A DNA stretch of 59,982 nt, filler included, from Dugesia japonica (taxonomy: Eukaryota), in the NCBI GenBank assembly GCA_001938525.1. It is 5 parts of 5 records of this genome, joined end to end, with 100 filler letters (N's around TTAATTAATTAA, not from the genome) between each part and the next. Parts side by side here need not be neighbours in the genome. Positions count along the whole stretch, not along the records: positions 47,547 to 59,982 come from MQRL01623582.1; 4 more parts are not named here. One strand, 5' to 3'. A program made the translations under genes and the position numbers. Below are positions 57,570 to 59,982 of the stretch, one piece after another. The number at the start of each line of letters is the position of its first letter. Within the stretch, counting starts at the first letter, position 1. A model generated the notes under the pieces. It saw nothing but the letters and a program-made list of their open reading frames with translations. It had not been told where the DNA came from and did no database searches.

Positions 57570-58560
57570 ATTTGTATAGCATTCTTGTAATATGTACATA
57601 GCAGCCATGAAATATACGGTTTATGAGTTTATTATTTACATAGCAACTATCTACTATAAGAGTTATGAGTGTGTTATTACATAGAAACCATGTATTATAG
57701 GGTCTATGAGTATATTATTTGCATAGTTACCTTGTATAATTTACGCAACAACAATTATAAGTGTATTAATACATAGTACCCTAGTATTTTAGGTTTTATG
57801 TGTATATTATTTACATTATAACCGTATAATATAAGGTTTATGAGTGTTATGTTTACATAGCAATCTTGTATTATTTACATAGCAACCATGAAATATATGG
57901 TTTCTGAAATAATACCCTCATAAACCATATATTTATGTTATATAATACACGGTTACTATGTAAACTTTATAATATGTAAATAATATTAAACCCTATATTA
58001 TATGGTTGCTAACTCAATAAAATATGGTTACTATGATTTGGTATCTTAATTATATAAATAAACCCTATAATACTTTCTTAAACCATATATTACATGGTTG
58101 ATATGTAAATAATACAAACATAAACCTTAAAATACACTCATAATGCCTATAATATACGCTTACTAAGTAATTAATAAAGAATCACACAAGTAATAAACTC
58201 ATAAACCCTATATTACATGGTTGCTATTTCAATTAAACATGGTAACTATGATTTGTTATCTTAATTATAAAAATAAACCCTATAATACAAATAATACCCT
58301 CATAAACCATATATTTCCTGGCTGTTATGTAAATAATACAAACATAAACCTAATAATACGCGGTTACTATATAAACCTTATGATTATGGTTACTATGTAG
58401 ATATTACACTTATAAAGCCTATAATACATGGTTATTATGTAAATAATACAAACATCAACCTTATAATACACGGTTACTATATAAACGATATAATATATGG
58501 TTACTATAATACAGCATTATTATGTAAATAATACACTCATTAACCATATATAGTCATAAC
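57570..58560. repeat. ~42-bp satellite that switches orientation near 57908
   Basis: catagcaaccatg...ggtttatgagtgtattattta units up to ~57905, then their reverse complement (catggttgctatgtaaataatacactcataaacc) to ~58550. Confidence 0.8.
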
Positions 58561-59382
58561 AACATTTACCTATAAGTTTTATAAAGGCTTTTGTGTATTT
58601 TTACAGTATTCCTTAGTAATATGCATGAAAGATTGTCACTCTCACAAATCTTATAATGTAAATTGTTATGTAAATAATGCAAGGTATCTATACAAATAAA
58701 ATCACTCATAAATCCTTTACACTTATAAACCCTAAAGATATCAAAATATTTACTTATAAGTCTTTTTATATAGACCTATTAGTTATATATTGAAAGATCC
58801 CATGAATTTTTGATTTTTATGAAAAAGGTCTGTTTATTTTAAAAATTCTAATTTAAAAATACATTCTTATTTTTTTAAAAAAAGACTAAATAAAACTAAA
58901 TAAAAAAGAAAAGACTCAATAATAATAAAACATTTATTTACCTATAACAAAAATCAAACGCTTCCAGATTGTTCTGCGTGGCGACATAAAAGTTGAACAC
59001 CCGATACAATAAGGTTCACAAATTCAGCCTCCATGAACTCATTGACAATGCAGTCCGGAAGCATTGGTTTTCGTTCTTCATCAAGCCTATTTCTTTTCTC
59101 CATTATGTCAATAAACATTCCTAAATTATAAAATTAATAAANTNATAAAATTAGTAAAAATCAAACCTCGTTTGCTAAATTATTCTTCCATTTCTTTACT
59201 TTCTCAATAATTGTTGAATTCATTTTTTTAAATACAAGAAACACTAATGAAAAGCAATATGTATATGCATAATAAAAAAACCACAACGTAATATATTAAG
59301 TATTAGAAATTTAAATTTCTAAATTTTAATTGATATTTTTTGTACTTGAATTGTAAACGTTTGTAACAGTGTTACGAATTTT

Positions 59383-59817
59383 CTAAATTTTTTCAATCAA
59401 ATTGAATAAATCTGAAGTAATGTTATCCACATCTCCTTGAAAATACAAATTTTAAAGCTCTAGTATTACTAGTTTTCCTGTTGAAAACACATTTCCACAT
59501 AAATTACCATATTTTACAAGTCTTAGAGCAGAAAATAACTTTAATTCGAACAAACATGCGAGTATTCTTACTTATTTAAACATGTTTATTAAAGGTCTCA
59601 TATTTACGACAATAAATATCTATTGAAATTGTAAATTATTTATATTATAGATTTCAAATCATGTGGTTTCATACAACTCATTATTCTACATTTTTCTCAT
59701 CTGAAGTAAATCATTGTAAATTTTGACTTTAAATTGACATGGTTTACCTGTAGGAAAGCTTATTTTCTTTGTTACTTCTTGCTTCACTTCACCTCTGTAA
59801 TTAATATTCGTTATCAT
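59383..59817 (-). pseudogene. Degenerate, intronless miniature TATA-binding-protein-like gene
   Basis: ATG at 59817: MITNINYRG...GKP, frameshift, MIYFR*EKCRIMSC (repeat 1), then FELKLFSALRL...NVFSTGKLVIL (repeat 2; cf. TBP YEPELFPGL...IFxSGKxVxTG). Confidence 0.65.
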
Positions 59818-59887
59818 AATTAATGAATTAAAGAGGGACATTTGGGTTTTGACTGATTTAAAGTATGAATAAATAAGGGAAAATCAA

Positions 59888-59982
59888 AGTAGATAGATAG
59901 TAGCGGGAAAGAACAGCACACACGCAGACCCCCCCGCCGATTAGTGATGTAATTAGTGCGATTATCTGAAATTTGATAGTTA
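59888..59982 (+). repeat. Element terminus-like repeat starting AGTAGATAGATAGTAG, running off the window
   Basis: Inverted copy of 47547-47617; GC-rich core cccccccgccgattagtgatgtaa. Confidence 0.75.

Noticed and set aside
59434-59454. Minus-strand *NLYFQG, one base from a TEV protease site (vector contamination?)
   Set aside because: Lies in frame within the AT-rich TBP-like relic with no tag or vector sequence nearby; coincidence.

Overview
Very AT-rich, repeat-dense eukaryotic DNA. The 45-56 nt GT-AG introns and a VAL/CAP-type gene suggest an invertebrate, possibly a flatworm (inference). The window is not contiguous: four identical 100-bp linkers (N44-TTAATTAATTAA-N44) split it into five scaffolds, so adjacency across linkers is unproven. 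The centrepiece (36094-47446) is a nearly intact endogenous Polinton/Maverick (adintovirus-like) genome with all genes on +: major capsid C-terminus, zinc-finger/PLA2, rve integrase, packaging ATPase, adenovirus pX-like protein, a conserved unknown protein, penton, adenain protease, a coiled-coil protein, a GasderminX-like membrane protein and protein-primed PolB. Its most unusual feature is that the PLA2 and integrase ORFs form one reading frame broken by a single TAA, with an adenain-type cleavage site at the junction. This suggests a ZnF-PLA2-integrase polyprotein. The rest of the window holds about seven decayed Ty3/Gypsy elements (one with both ~100-bp LTRs), solo-LTR-like repeats, a second decayed pPolB, a Penelope 3' end with a decayed hammerhead ribozyme, pogo and LINE fragments, and minisatellites. 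It also has two AGTAGATAG-type element termini at scaffold edges, a degenerate mini TBP-like gene, and three host genes (RI-type LRR exon, CAP/SCP gene, divergent DEG/ENaC-like gene). All calls come from motif recognition by eye; no searches were run.
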